From Octopus bimaculoides (Eukaryota), in the NCBI RefSeq assembly GCF_001194135.2, contig NC_068999.1:31941404-32005403 (forward strand): a stretch of 64,000 nt of DNA, in the 5' to 3' direction. Of this stretch, positions 36,627 to 50,052 are shown piece after piece. The notes beneath the pieces are model-generated. The model saw only the letters and a list, made by a program, of their open reading frames with translations. It was not told where the DNA came from and searched no databases. The position numbers and the translations under genes were made by a program. How positions within the stretch are numbered: the first letter of the stretch is position 1; each line of letters opens with the position of its first letter.

Positions 36627-37339
36627 ATATTTATTATCATTAATACTGTGTTTTCTTCCTGCTTATTTAATACAAATAATATTTCGTTTTAAAGCCTGTT
36701 TCAGTTTGCTGACAACATTTTGTGTCCTTTTTTCATTGAATATTCTTCATTTATTCATCATTGTTTTTTAACATATATGCACGTTTTGTTAACAACTGCT
36801 TTGCAATATTTCATTTTATAACTGTCTGCTTTAAAATTTACATTCTCAAATGTTTGCATGCTTTGCCTGCATTTATATAAGAATTAATATTTCATTGCTT
36901 TAACTACAGTATTTTAGTATTTTTAGTATTTTTCTTTTCTACACAAGAAATACTAAGATTAAATTGCTATTGTATATCTATATGTCGGCTTGCTTTGCTT
37001 ATCATATAACTGCATGTTATAATATTAAAAAAAAAAAAGAACAATATGTATATAGATAAACAAGAAAATTGCAGCAAAGCTGCATGAAAAAGTTTTTTCA
37101 TAGAAGAAAATTGAAAAGTCTTACCACTCAATTATGATCTGATCTGTTGCACTCTTTGACTGTCTTTCTGTGGATGTATACTTGATTTCTGCATGGAAAG
37201 CAGTTAGTAACTGATTAAACCAATGTTCTTTGGTGTCAGACGTGGCATGAAAAACATCATATAACTTGTTAAGCATATATTTTATGTGATGTCTCAATGG
37301 TGCACCTTTCTTGCTCCTTTTTTAATGGTCTTTAGCTAT

Positions 37340-37560
37340 ACATTGGTGCCAGGGGACTGTCCATGAACCCAACAGTGTAGAATTTAAATTTCTAAATCTA
37401 TTTAAGTCATATGATAAACTGTTTAACCTTTGCTGTTCAAGTTCAACTGTTTTAAGAACATCTGATTTGAAAAAAAACCTCATTAATGTGACATAAGTTG
37501 GCAATGGGAATAGTGACAAATCCAACATCTGCTGGTGGGTTAACAAATTTTTCAATTTAT
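37340..37560 (-). mobile_element. Possible hAT C-terminal dimerisation-domain remnant
   Basis: VTIPIA.../ RFFFKSDVLKT..EQQRLNSLS resembles TIPVT..ERSFSKLKLIK....QERLNSLS across a frameshift. Confidence 0.4.
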
Positions 37561-39147
37561 GAAATTTTTCAATTTATGAATAATATCCTGTTCTGAGGGA
37601 TGACAAACAGACAACACCAGATTAATTTTTAGTTAGAATATCATTGAATACCTGCTGCAATCATAATGAATAATTGTTTATGGACTGACAAAGAATTGAG
37701 AATATTACATGCTTTTTTAGTTAGTATGTCAATTGTGGCACCTTGCTTGATAATATAAAATATGACAATATCCTCTGGTTGCTTGTAGTTGTTAAAATTA
37801 TTGCACCTAGAGTCCCTCACAAAAACACAGGTTCTTCGCCTGGGATTCTGGGAAAATGCATGTTATTTTCAGAGAATTATGGGAAACCAAAGTGGTTCAC
37901 TTAAAATGGCAGAAACTATGGGAACAGTAGTTAATAAGTGCTAGGTGCTCAATATCTTGTCAGAACTGTAAAACGAGCATATATGCATTTCAAGGGTATA
38001 AAAATCATGAAATATAAACAACAAAATATATTATTTTATAGAACTTTTAACTGATGTATTTTAGCTTCTGGAGTTCACAAGACAGTCAAGTCTCTATTTC
38101 CATAAATTTTTAAATAATTGTCCTTGTTTCTATTTATAAGAATAGTATTGTCATCTTGCTGTATAGCCTTTATTTTGGGGTTATTTTCTGACGTCATTTT
38201 GACATTTCCAGTAGGTGGCAGTATAGTTGCATAGAAACAGGGATTTCCTTTGTCAATATAAACAATTCTTTCATTTTTCAGCTTTTCTTAATCTTATAGA
38301 AACATGCTGTTATCTGCATAATAGAAACATCAAGATGTGATATGTGCTTTGCGTTTTTATTCTTGTCTTCCGTTTTATGAATCCAGTGTGTTTATACTTC
38401 TCTTTCCGGTTCCTACTCAAAACTGTTTCAGGGTCATAACCATCTCACAGTCATGTAGAGTGCTTTGTACTTCGATGATTGTGAAAAAAAGCACAATACA
38501 CTCCTTTTGTTCCAATTGCATCAAAAGTGTGGCAATGATGTGAACATGATAGGCTTAATTTTTGATTATGCATAAACCAAATGAAAACAGGATAACAGAA
38601 TTTACAATGATATTGTGTTTAGTAACAAATATAAACTGTATCAAAAAATGCATTGAAGTATGTGTGCAAATTTATTGCCAGTATATTTTATAAAATGCAC
38701 ATTCTATTAACATAATTAAAAAAATTTCAAATTAGTACATCAGCTCTAATCCAACAGACACATCATCAACGAATAAGACCTTTATATAGTCGCTGAAGAT
38801 GCTAGAAATAGCAGCCAAATCTCCCTTAAACCACACCTTATAGGAAGACATGGGATAAAGTGGTGAAAACTGACCTCAGGCCTCTGAGATTAAGGGATGA
38901 GATGACAAAAGATGGGACTTCTGGCAATACAAGGTTCTCAAAAAGTCTCAACCTCCTCAGCATAATAAGTGCAGATATTTAAGCAGTGTTTATACACAAG
39001 AGTTTTAAATGGTTATTCCAGAAGACAAAATGCATTCCTGCAATTGGTAAACAAACCTGCAATCATCCAGCTGCAGAAGTTGCAGTAATTATTCCAGATG
39101 TTTGGAAACAGTACAGCCACAAAGACATCTGACACAGTGTAAAAGGT

Positions 39148-40850
39148 ATGTTCCTGATGAATCACTCCTTCAAACAATCAATCCAGTGCATCCAAATTAA
39201 GACCCACTGCAGTTCCCATTGCCAATTTCATTTGGTGATGAGGGATAGAGAGTCAACTTTTGATGTTGGAAGTAAGAGTCATGAAACATCACAGATGGAT
39301 TTTTACAAATATAGGCTCATGGTTTGGGAAATTTTTCAAAATACACATGATTACATGTATTCCCATAGCTCAAATATTGGCAAAAAAGTAATTATACCTC
39401 CAACATTCATAAGAGGCCCACAATGGATACAGAAATTATACCAAGACTTTATGGCAATTGTTCAAACATTAAGGAAACCAAATTTCTTCATCACTTTCAC
39501 CTGTAATCCCTAATAGAAAGAAAAATCACAGACAGACAGACACTAGCTGACAACTGACAGAGTATTTGATGTGAAACTTAGGGATCTTTTACATGATATT
39601 TGCAAAAGATTGTAGGGCAAATGTAGACTATAGACTTTCAAAAGCATAGACTTCATCTTTGTCATATGTTGTTCATATTAAAAAACGTTAAATCCACATT
39701 ATGAAAAGTCTGTTTATGCAAATTTTCCAAATCCATAAACAAAACCAATTCTATTTCAACATGTCATCAAAAGAATGCTACATGGTCCATGTGAGAGAGA
39801 TAAACCCAATGCAACATGTATGGTTGATGGGAAATGTAAAAAAGCATTTCCCAAAAAACTCTCAGGAAAACACATTACACACTTATAACCGCTACTCACG
39901 TTACTCGTGTTCAAATAATGGTTCTACATTTACAAAATCAAATGTCAAATTAGATAATTGTTATGAAGTACCAGATTCTCCCTTCTTTTTTGTCAAATAT
40001 GGAGATCATTGTAATTTAGAGATATCTGAATCTTTAAAATCAGTTAAGTATATTAGCAAATATATTCATAAAGGTTGTGATCGGGTGACAGTCAATATTA
40101 GTGGACAAACCAATGCACAAAAAAAGGAAAAACACATGAAGATGAAATTGAAAATTATATTAATGGAAACTCTGTAGCCTCATCAGAAGCAGTCTGGAGG
40201 ATTTGGGGTTTCAAATTATATGGTTCATATCCTCCAGGCCAACATCATACAGTTCATTCATCCCAACAACAAAGTACCCCATGCACTTGATAGATGTGAG
40301 TTAACTGTGGATCACCAGCTAAGTCATTTGCATGTACGTTATACTATGCTGATTTCCTGAATTTTACACATGGAATAATATTGAGAAAATGTGGCATCTC
40401 AGAAAATATAATACACACACAATTCAGAATATCTTTGTTTCACCAAAGGAACAGGAGAAATTCTGAGAGCTTTATTGCATCATATTCCTGGAGCTTAATC
40501 ATTTGAGGGTATGAGAACTATTAATGGTGTAGCTTTCCATACTTAGAAAGAGGCTTCAATGAAACTGGGCTTAGCACATGATGACCATGAATACTATCTA
40601 ACTCTGGAGTTTGCTAATGTTTCAGCAACTCCTATCAGCTGCAAAGACTTTTCTGTTCTGACAGATTATTTACAGCATTTGAAAGGTAACTTTTAGAAGA
40701 TTAAATGAGTGCTTTAGAATTAGAAGATAACAATGATAACATACAGCATACATTACAAAAAGCTGAACTTATTTTTAAGAGAACATTAAACAATTCCCCT
40801 CTCTATGAGTACACCAAATATGAATACTGTTATACTTTAACCTCTCCTCA
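39148..40850 (+). mobile_element. Decayed Helitron Rep region, duplicate of 15455-16760
   Basis: FYKYRL...GKKVIIPPTFIRGPQWIQKLYQDFMAIVQTLRKPNFFITFTCNP (39148-39513). 39745-40850 aligns with 15455-16760, including the same stops and frameshifts. Confidence 0.92.
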
Positions 40851-40904
40851 CTCAAAGGGTCTTCATCTTGAAAGTTACTTGGAGACCCCACCAGTGCTGG
40901 TGCC

Positions 40905-41080
40905 ACATTTAAAGCACACAGTACTTTCTGTGAAGTGGCTGGCATTAGGAAGGGCATTCAGCCATAGAAACCATGCCAAAGCACACATTGGAGCCTGGCA
41001 TAGTTTTCTGTCTTGCCAGCTCCTGCCAAACTGTCCAACCTATTCCAGCATGGAAAACGGACATTAAACGATGATGATGA
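40905..41080 (+). mobile_element. SINE family A 3' part (inside the duplicated block)
   Basis: Same element and same downstream flank as 18160-18345. Confidence 0.85.
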
Positions 41081-41659
41081 TGATTATGATGATTTCATTG
41101 AGAATGGACAAATTACATAATCAATAATGAAATCATACTTATGCAATAACTTTCTTAACACAACCATCTCCATCAAAAAAAAAAAACGATTCAGCAGAAA
41201 TATATCATCAGCAACATTTAATATCTGTTTTTCATGATGGCATGGGTTGGTTAGTAACAATATACAGCAATAGATTCAAAAACAAATATTCATCCCGGTA
41301 CATGTATTTCTTTAAAGTTCTTTTTCATCATGTCATTCTTAATAGTTTTTTTCAAAATTAATATTATTTTTTCATTTACATTCATTAATACTTTCACATA
41401 ATGAATAAAAATTTATACAACAACACAAAGAACAAACAATACAGATCCATCACAACCATTATGAAGGTACCAGACTTTCGAGCATAATTTGCAGAATTTT
41501 CCTATGAAACAAACATACTTGATGGACTCACAAAAATGTCAGGAATAACATGGGGATTATATAATAATCTAAGAAAACCCATGCATAACATGTAATAGCT
41601 GCAGTAACAATATACATAAAAAATATATTCAGTAATAATTCCAGAATACTTTTAACAGT

Positions 41660-43960
41660 GATATGATTTGGATCTTTTCTGTTCAGTACCCATGCATTAT
41701 TTTCTCAATGAACTGGTCCATTTTTTTATTATATTGTTGTGATAGAATTTACCATGCTCCTTGGGGAAAGATCTACATCAGCTCTTATTTCATGCTTCTC
41801 CTCAGGTTAATTAATTACCTATCTTGCTGCTTTTATTTTTGTGCTCACAAACATCAGTAAAATAGTTACTGGTCTCTTTCTTCTGTTGCAAACGTTGTTT
41901 CTGCATCAGATTAAGGACTATGGCCACCATCCTTGCAAGGGAAGTATAACCTGTCTACAGCTCCATTGACGTTGAAGTTTCCAGCAGCACTGAGCAGCTT
42001 ACAAGTTTGTATGAATATCACATTGAGCTCTTGCAATGATCAGCTTAGAAGCCAAATGTGGGTGCGGGGATAGACGATGTGAAGGTGTTGTGGGTGATAT
42101 AGAGTTAAGAAGATATCTTTTAACAGTCTTGTGGTATTCAATCCTTCTTCTTTCCTCATTGATGAGTCTATCATAGATGATATTCTCATCCTGTTCAAGC
42201 TACTTGTAGCTTTCACCAGAAAGTAAAAGCTGAATTTTTAGGTTTTTCATTTTCAGTCACTTGGAAGAAGGCTCAAGTTTCCCATGTTTCACCATCAAAC
42301 AGTGAACATCTGAACTGACCAAATTTCATTCCAAGGATTGAGTTATGAAACCCAGATGCTTTTTGAGGTGGTTTATACAGTTTCAAGTCATCAACAAAGA
42401 AAAGATGAATGATATTACTGGGCCCATTCCTATAGCTGCTATGTTTTGTGATCAGGTATTATAGGGAGTCTAATGAAAGAACAAAAAGCAGTATTGCTTT
42501 TTGGTAATATATGGTGTCAGATTTGATGTGTTCATTGTTGCCTCTAAGAAGTAGGGAGGTGTAATAGTTTCTGGGTAGATGGTGGATTGCAGCTACTAGT
42601 GGTTATGGGAATTTAGCTTAATTGCAATGTTATGTTAATCCACCCATGTGATTTAATATCAAAGTCCAGCCACACCACAGCCAAGCTTCTGCAGTTCTTC
42701 ACTATTCTTTCTCGTATCATTTTATTAATCAGTAGGTGCTCAATGTAGCTCCATACTCCCTCCCTTCCCCCAGCTTGTTCAGGATTTATAATATTTTTGG
42801 TGGTGCAATGGTCCAATAGAAGTAGAACAGAGCAGCCTGCATACATCTTATACATGATGTTTTGGCAGGCTATTAGGAGGTAATATTTAGCTTTGATGGT
42901 TTAACTATTTTGCGGGATGAGAAGAGTGATGGCAATTGACAGCCATAAGAGTACATTTAACATGCCCTTCATACTCTCCCCATAAACTGTTGCTAAATTT
43001 CACCTATAAAAATTGAGTTTTGAACCAATATGCTTTAATAAGATCTGGGCCTGGAGACTTCCTGCTTGGTGTTTTTTTAGGATGGTTTCTCATACCGCAC
43101 TGTCAAATTTTGCCTATTCATTCAGCTTTTGTGTTAGATTTATCATTCCTTTCCTGTTTTGATCTCAAGCAGTTGTCAACTTGTTCTGTTAACAGGAGCT
43201 TTTTTTACTGATATTGCTTTGTTTTTGTTGAAACTATAATAAACTGATATGGGGCCTCTAGCAAACCAACTGCTCAGTATTTTCCATTTATACTCTGTAG
43301 ATTTGTATTTTGGTTTTTCAACTGTTAATTCTTGTTCAGCTGAATGTTGGAATTCAAGGTTTCAGTCCCTGGGTCTGCAAAACTGCTTTCCTAATTTGTC
43401 CTTTTTACCATTTCTGATGTTTTGTGGATCTATTGACAGTGTTGCACTTCATAGCTATGATAATGTATGAAGAAACAGAATCTTTATTTTTCAAGTTGTG
43501 TGCCCAGTCCAGCTCCGGATATCAACACAAATCCTGCTCTTTGTAGCAAACTAGCAGCGTTATTGCTGACACATATATCATGAGATTTATAGTCGTATAT
43601 GTGGCTTCTCATTCAATAAACATTAAATAGTTTCCTGGTATTTCCTTTTCTACTTCCAGTTCCAATGAAGAAGGCTCTATTTTTGTGCTTGTTTTAAACT
43701 GCCTGTCTTTAAAATTAATGTTTTGAACCTGCTGCAACATATGTTTTCCTAAAGGACTTTTAGAGAATTAAAAAGACTTCAATATTCCTTTGTTCAAGGA
43801 AGCAATCATTTGACTGATTTTGTTTTCTAGCAGGCTGACTATTTCTGTGTAACTGTATTTTGTGTTGCCATTGATAGTGTAGTTGTTGCTTCTGGATATT
43901 CTATGATCGGTGTAGTGTGGAAGAAGCAGGTTGACTATGACTACTGTCCTGTTGTTACTG
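41660..43960 (-). mobile_element. Decayed R4/Dong-like LINE, RT region
   Basis: KSPGPDLI (~43050); YKMYAGC...INPEQAGGREGVWSYIEHLLINK...VVWLDF (42613-42855); NVNGAVDRLYFPCKDGG; ends at IMHGY. Upper boundary approximate. Confidence 0.8.
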
Positions 43961-44019
43961 GCATTAATGTTGTTGTTGTTATTGGATGTATCTATGTTCT
44001 TCTCTTTCTATTTTTAATT

Positions 44020-44244
44020 TTAGAGTAAATTTTGACTGGCCACTTACTTGGTAGCAAGGTTGTGAATGAAAGTATCTTATTTTAACCATCATCCTTTAAA
44101 TCTTAAGAAGATCTTGCAGATTTTTATAGTCTCAGATATCATGATCATTTGTAGCATATGAATCAAAGATTTGTATTCTGTCTCCAAGACCCCTACAAGT
44201 TCAGCCATACTTTGCTGCAGATAGGTTGGTATGTGTCTTGTTGC
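44020..44244 (-). mobile_element. R4/Dong-like LINE extreme 3' fragment
   Basis: TIKICKIFLRF* plus 3' UTR ending AAAATTAAAAATAGAAAGAG. 5' junction abuts (TACA)n at 44245-44370. Confidence 0.72.
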
Positions 44245-45089
44245 TATGTATGTATGTATGTATGTATGTATGTATGTATGTATGTATGTATGCATGCATG
44301 CATGCATGTATGTATGTATGTATGTATGTATGTATGTATGCATGTATTTATGTATGTATGTATGTATGTACCTGCCTGTCTGACTGTGTATGTATTGCTA
44401 TCTGGAAAGTGGCCNNNNNNNNNNGCTATCTGGAAAGTGGCCGTGCATGATATGCTGAACAAAGGTAAGGAGCAATTCCATACATTGCAAAATATGAATA
44501 CAGAAGGGCTATAGAAGGATCATAGATATACTGATAAGGAAGGTAAGATATGTACGTAGCAGATGCACAGGACTAGTTAGAAGTATGAGCACCAACGAAA
44601 TAAACTCTTTCAAATGCTTAGAAGCTCCATAGATGATAGCTTGTTGTCAAGGTGATGAAAGGATTCTCATCAAGTGATTGGATGACTGTATTATACTCAT
44701 AATCAAAGGGTAATGTCAAATGGCATAGAATGGGTATAGAAAGTAAAGAATGTGTGAAGGCTAAAATGAAATGAAGTAAGCATGTTCTACTAGAAGTGCT
44801 ATGCGAGTGGCCATGAATGACAGAGCACAAATGAGCTGAGAGAAAAACTGAGAGGAATGATATGAAGTATGCAAAAGAGGAGGATTGATCAGATTCAGCT
44901 TCAGATGTCTACATAGGAAAATATTTTTACTTCTAGGAAAAAGCTTGCACAAGTAGAAAACTGAAGAATACAAGGTGTTTAGACTAAATTTGACAGTTTG
45001 GATGAAAGGAAAAAAGAAAAACAATAACACAATATCCCATCCAAAAATAAAAGTATTTAAAATTGAGAAAAACTAGTAACTAGATTATG

Positions 45090-45720
45090 GCTGGGAGATA
45101 ACAGTTTTTCAAGACAGTTCTAACACCTGGCACATGCATTTTTCAGTGTGTCCCTAATAAGATCTTTGAATACCTCCTTGATCTTGGGCACCAGTTTGGC
45201 CTTGGTGTTGCAGACAAAAGCAATTGATCTTTCTCCACCATGCTTTACACACAGTAATCCATGAAATTACAAAACAGGGAATTACAAGGCCAGAAATTGG
45301 GGCTAGTAAAGTCAAAGAAATTCTTCAACAATCACTTCTGATTCTTTCCAGAGGAATGGCAAGGAGTCAAATCCTGCTGCTGCACATTTGACTTTCCAGC
45401 AGCAAGTCTCTGCAGCCAAAGATTGACCACAGTCTCCAGAGACTTCACACAGCCTTCTGAATTAAACCTAGGACCCTGTTCAAATATGTGGGGATGAATT
45501 CCAGCATGAAGACATAGAATACCTGCTGTGTTCCTTGCAGCTAATCACAGCTTCATAGTCTCAGTTGCAGTTGTCCAAGTTATGTCTGACAGCTTTTTCA
45601 GTGTTCTCAGAACATTGAGCAGCAGTCATGATTTTAGCATTTTGACACCCAATGCAGATCATCATGATACAAGTTACTTTTTTTCCAATATTCAGATGGC
45701 TTCCAGTCCTTTGTGTCAGT
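45090..45720 (-). mobile_element. Decayed mariner-type transposase (probably DD37D-like)
   Basis: Minus translation PHIFEQG.RFNSEG.VKSLETVVNLW...QQQDLTPCHSS...NFFDFTSPNFWPCNSLFCNFMDYCV. Confidence 0.8.
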
Positions 45721-46011
45721 CAACTCTTTCTCAGCTGCAATTTTAATCTTTATGCACTCCAATGCCATTGACTATTCACCAATACATCAAGCTGTTCCTG
45801 ATAAAAAGAGACATAAAAATTGTCAAATTTAGCCCAAATACTGTGTACATAGGCAGAAGTAATAAAGGTATGTCATCAGATGCTGAATACCAAGAAGGAA
45901 ATGACAAGGAACTGCAACAAGTGGCAAGATGCTATGCTGGAGAAGTCTCAGCCAACCCATGCAACCATGGATAAATGGATGTAAAAATAATGATGGTGGG
46001 AATAATGTGTG

Positions 46012-46087
<76 letters not shown>

Positions 46088-46419
46088 TGTTTGCTGAATC
46101 TTCACAAATTTTCAACTAACACAGAAGAATTTGAAGAAATATGTTAGAAAAAAGAATTAGCAAAGGTGAAGAACAAATATGTAATAAATTTTTGCTGACA
46201 GAAGCTAGCTGTCTGTAATCTTGGTTATAATGATAAATACGTAAGTTTTGACAAGCTCCTTCATTATGATTCTAGCAATGTTTTACAATGTTAACCAGCA
46301 GCACAACGTCTTGCTAGCTTGGAGACACTAACCTTTTTGGAAATAGACAACATTAATTTTATGGGATTCTATCGCAACTTTAGTCTTCTTTTCTTGCCTC
46401 AGCATCAACATCATAATTA

Positions 46420-46676
46420 GCTTCTTCTTCTTCTTCTTCTTCTTCTTCTTCTTCTTCTTCTTCTTCTTCTTCTTCTTCTTCTCCTCCTCCTCCTCCTCCT
46501 TCTTCTCCTCTCCTCCTCCTCCTCCTCCTCTTTCCCTTCCTCCATCCTTTTCCTCCTTCATCTCCTCCTCCTCCTCTTTCCCTTCCTCCATCCTCTTCCT
46601 CCTTCATCTCCTCCTACTTCTCCCCTTCCCTTCCTCCATCTTCTTCCTCCTCCTTCTCCTCCTCCACCTCCTCTTT
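46420..46676. repeat. (CTT)n/(CCT)n pure pyrimidine tract running into a gap
   Basis: Direct inspection. Confidence 0.95.
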
Positions 46677-47089
46677 NNNNNNNNNNNNNNNNNNNNNNNN
46701 NNNNNNNNNNNNNNNNNNNNNNNNNNNNNNNNNNNNNNNNNNNNNNNNNNNNNNNNNNNNNNNNNNNNNNNNNNNNNNNNNNNNNNNNNNNNNNNNNNNN
46801 NNNNNNNNNNNNNNNNNNNNNNNNNNNNNNNNNNNNNNNNNNNNNNNNNNNNNNNNNNNNNNNNNNNNNNNNNNNNNNNNNNNNNNNNNNNNNNNNNNNN
46901 NNNNNNNNNNNNNNNNNNNNNNNNNNNNNNNNNNNNNNNNNNCTCTCTCTCTCTCTCTCTCTCACTTTCTCCCCCCCCCTCTCAATTGGATACTTGGCAA
47001 ATTGATGATGGAATCATCTAAAGACGCACCCACTTCATGCCAGAATGGAATGGAATTTAGCAACAAAAATACTGGTTTGAGGGGAATGA

Positions 47090-47277
47090 TGGTAGTGTGG
47101 TGGTACTAGTGGTGGTGATTGTAGTGGTGTAGTAGTAGTAATAGTATTGGTGACAGCGGGCTGATTATGGTGATGTAATAGTAGCTGTACTGGTTGTGGT
47201 AGCAGAGTTAATAATGATGTTGTTATTGGTTATGGAAGTAACAATGATGATGATGGTGATGATGATGGTGATGGTGG

Positions 47278-47316
<39 letters not shown>

Positions 47317-47340
47317 CAGTTTTGTTGTTGTTGCTGTTTT
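47090..47340. repeat. (GGT)n/(GAT)n/(GTT)n compound trinucleotide repeat
   Basis: Direct inspection. Confidence 0.9.
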
Positions 47341-48318
47341 CTAAATCCATTAGAGCAGTAGGTTGGCTGAATCATTAGAGGAGAATCAGATAAAATACCT
47401 AACAGAATTTTTTCTTCTAGCTCTCCACATTCTTAGTTCAGATCCGGCCAGAGTCAGTTTTGTCTTTCTTCCCACCAGGATAAATAAAGTACTTATCAAA
47501 TACAACTGGACTCAATGGTATTGACTAATGACTCCCCACTCCATGTCTTAAAATGACTGACCCCGTTTCTAAATTAAAAGCTATTGCTGACCCTGTTTCT
47601 AAATTAAAAAACATCCATCAGTTATGCTTATTAAGACAGTATTGCATCTAACTAGGGATATCAGGTTTAGGTGAGAACACATATAAAGTGGACAATAAGA
47701 CCAATCATATTTAGGGCATACTGTATTACAATATGTAACTAGATTGTCTTAACATGTCTTAGTTAGGGGAGAACACATATCATGCAGTGGATAGTAAAAC
47801 CATGCATTGTTATAATGTTCTATATAGTGTATATATGTATATACAGGTTTTTGGTATGTGTCTGTATTACTAAATGTGTATGTATTTTTACGATGCTAGT
47901 TTTTGTAAATGTTTTTATTTTAAACAGACATATCGTTTTAATTAATTTAAATTTATTTTACCATTAATTAATTTACCCTGGGTATATAGATTATTGAAAA
48001 GACCATTAGTTGAAAGGACCAATGAAACAAAACTATTTTAAACATGTATCTTTCAACATAATTGTGTATTTATACATATAACCCTATTACGGGAAAATGA
48101 AACTCTGAGTAACAGTTTTTGTGATGTCTTTGCAGCTTTATCAATAAAGTATATATATGTTATATATTATATATATAGTAAATGAAATTTCAGTAAATTT
48201 CCATATCTTTCTGCAGCTGAGGATTGCTCTGCATTTTACATTTCATGTAATGTTCACATTACTTAAATAAAGTCACATGAAACGATCGTACTGCATTAAC
48301 TTTGGATATCCTTCTTGC

Positions 48319-48366
<48 letters not shown>

Positions 48367-48422
48367 NNNNNNNNNNATATAATATATATAATATATATAT
48401 AATATATAATATATATATATAT

Positions 48423-48493
<71 letters not shown>

Positions 48494-48494
48494 T

Positions 48495-49560
48495 GGCTGG
48501 TCTATGGGGTTACCTTGGGTTTCACATCCATGAAGTGCTTAGCTTTACACCGTTTCTTCAGACCCTAAAGCTGTTGGCCTCTCTAGCAAGTGGCCTCTCT
48601 AGAAAATGGAGGAGGAAAAGACTTCATTAACCTGTCAACAACAAGGGATTGTCTCCTTTTGACTGCTGTTCATAATTGATCCTGTTGGCATATGGATCGC
48701 AGGACACCAGCAGGAATTTCCTAAAATGCAAGCAGGGTCTGAAGAGGGCGCCCTTTGATATCCTCATCTGTTTCAGTATGCACAGTTCACAACACTTAGT
48801 CTCATTTATGTAGGGGCCTGGATTTTCTATGATTTTCCATGATATTATTAATACATGTAGAGTTCCATTGTCTTTCAGCTGCCATACATGGTTAGCTAAG
48901 AACGTAGGTTTTTGAACACGATGGGTGGGTGGCAGGAGGCTGTGTTGTTGTATATCAGCTTCTAATTTGGTTTGTGGTAGGGCCTGTATGTACCAGAGCT
49001 CAAGTCTAAGAAGCCTGCAGTGGTGAGATTGGCCTAGATAGTAATTTTCAGTCCCATGGAGCCACGGATGTTAATTAGATTTTTCGTAAGTCTGTCTAGA
49101 GATGGCCAGGGTGTCATCTCTGTAGAGACAAAAAAGGACAGAGGGAACTTCTTAAGAGCATCAAGGATATACAACCCGATAAGGTTGCATACATCAGCGC
49201 TATAATCATTGCTACATCAAAAGAACCTACAGGGTCAGATTACTTGACCCAGGTCTAACCTTTATTGGACAGCACTGTTTTCCTGGCATGCATAATGACA
49301 TTTATGTCCCTGTCGCTAATATCAGTGAAGCCCCTAGCGAAGGAAAGTGTCTTGACCAGTAACTCTTTCAATATAGATGGGTAAAATCAACTATGTCAAA
49401 CTGGTGAACCTTGCTCTGCTTCTCCCCTTGTTGGTACTAAATCATACAATCACTTTGTTGATGCTACACCATAGAGAGAGGTTGGTGGCTATCCTTATGT
49501 TGTTGATGTTCCTCAGTATGTGTTTGCTCCCCAGACTGATCTGATAAATGTGAGACTGAT
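48495..49560 (-). mobile_element. Internally deleted PLE of the same family as 21838-24310
   Basis: QFDIVDF-YPSI...HARKT...FDVAM...VCNLIGLYIL...LYRDDTLAI...YRPYHKPN...CHPPIVFKNL joined at ~48900 to LANHVWQLKDNG...WKIIENPGPY...CCELC. 3' UTR aligns with 24065-24310. Confidence 0.88.
48506..48566 (-). ncRNA. Type I hammerhead ribozyme (paralogue of 24237-24297), stem II partly decayed
   Basis: AGGGU-CUGAAGA-...GUAAAG-CUAAGCA-CUUCAUGGAUGU-GAAA-CC-CAA-GG-UA-ACCCC. Confidence 0.78.
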
Positions 49561-49574
49561 CATAAATAAGACAT

Positions 49575-49935
49575 ACTCATGTGTGGTAAGAAATTTGCTT
49601 CTTGACCACATGTTTCTGGTTTCAGTCCCACTGCACCTTGGGCAAATGTCTTCTACTCTAGCCTTGGACCAACCAAAGCCTTATGAGTGGATTTGGTAAA
49701 CAGAAACTGAAAGAAGTTTGACGTATATATATGCATGTATATATGTGTTTGTGCCTGTATATACCCCATCACCACTTAACAACTGGTGTTGGTGTGTTTA
49801 TATCTTCATAACTTAGCAGTTTGGCAAAAGATACTGATAGAATAAGTACCAGGTTTAAAAAAAAAAAATAATAATAATAAGTACTGAGGTTGATTCATTC
49901 ACAATCTAATAAATGGACCAAGTAAAAGATAAGAG
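49575..49935 (+). mobile_element. SINE family B
   Basis: GTGTGGTAAGAAATTTGC...TTCAGTCCCACTGCACCTTGGGCAAATGTC...GATAGAATAAGTACC. Confidence 0.82.
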
Positions 49936-50052
49936 AAATATATTTCAAATGCAGTATAGCTGTGGGAGCAGCAGAAAGATTGGGCATTTACCATTATAAG
50001 ATGGAAAAAGTTGCCAGCAGTTGGCAACTGTTTATATGTATATATATATATA

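Noticed and set aside
44397-44442. 18-bp direct repeat GCTATCTGGAAAGTGGCC resembling a TSD
   Set aside because: It brackets a 10-N gap; scaffolding artefact.
46328-46676. Poly-Glu/poly-Lys ORFs
   Set aside because: Translations of the (CTT)n/(CCT)n tract adjoining a gap.
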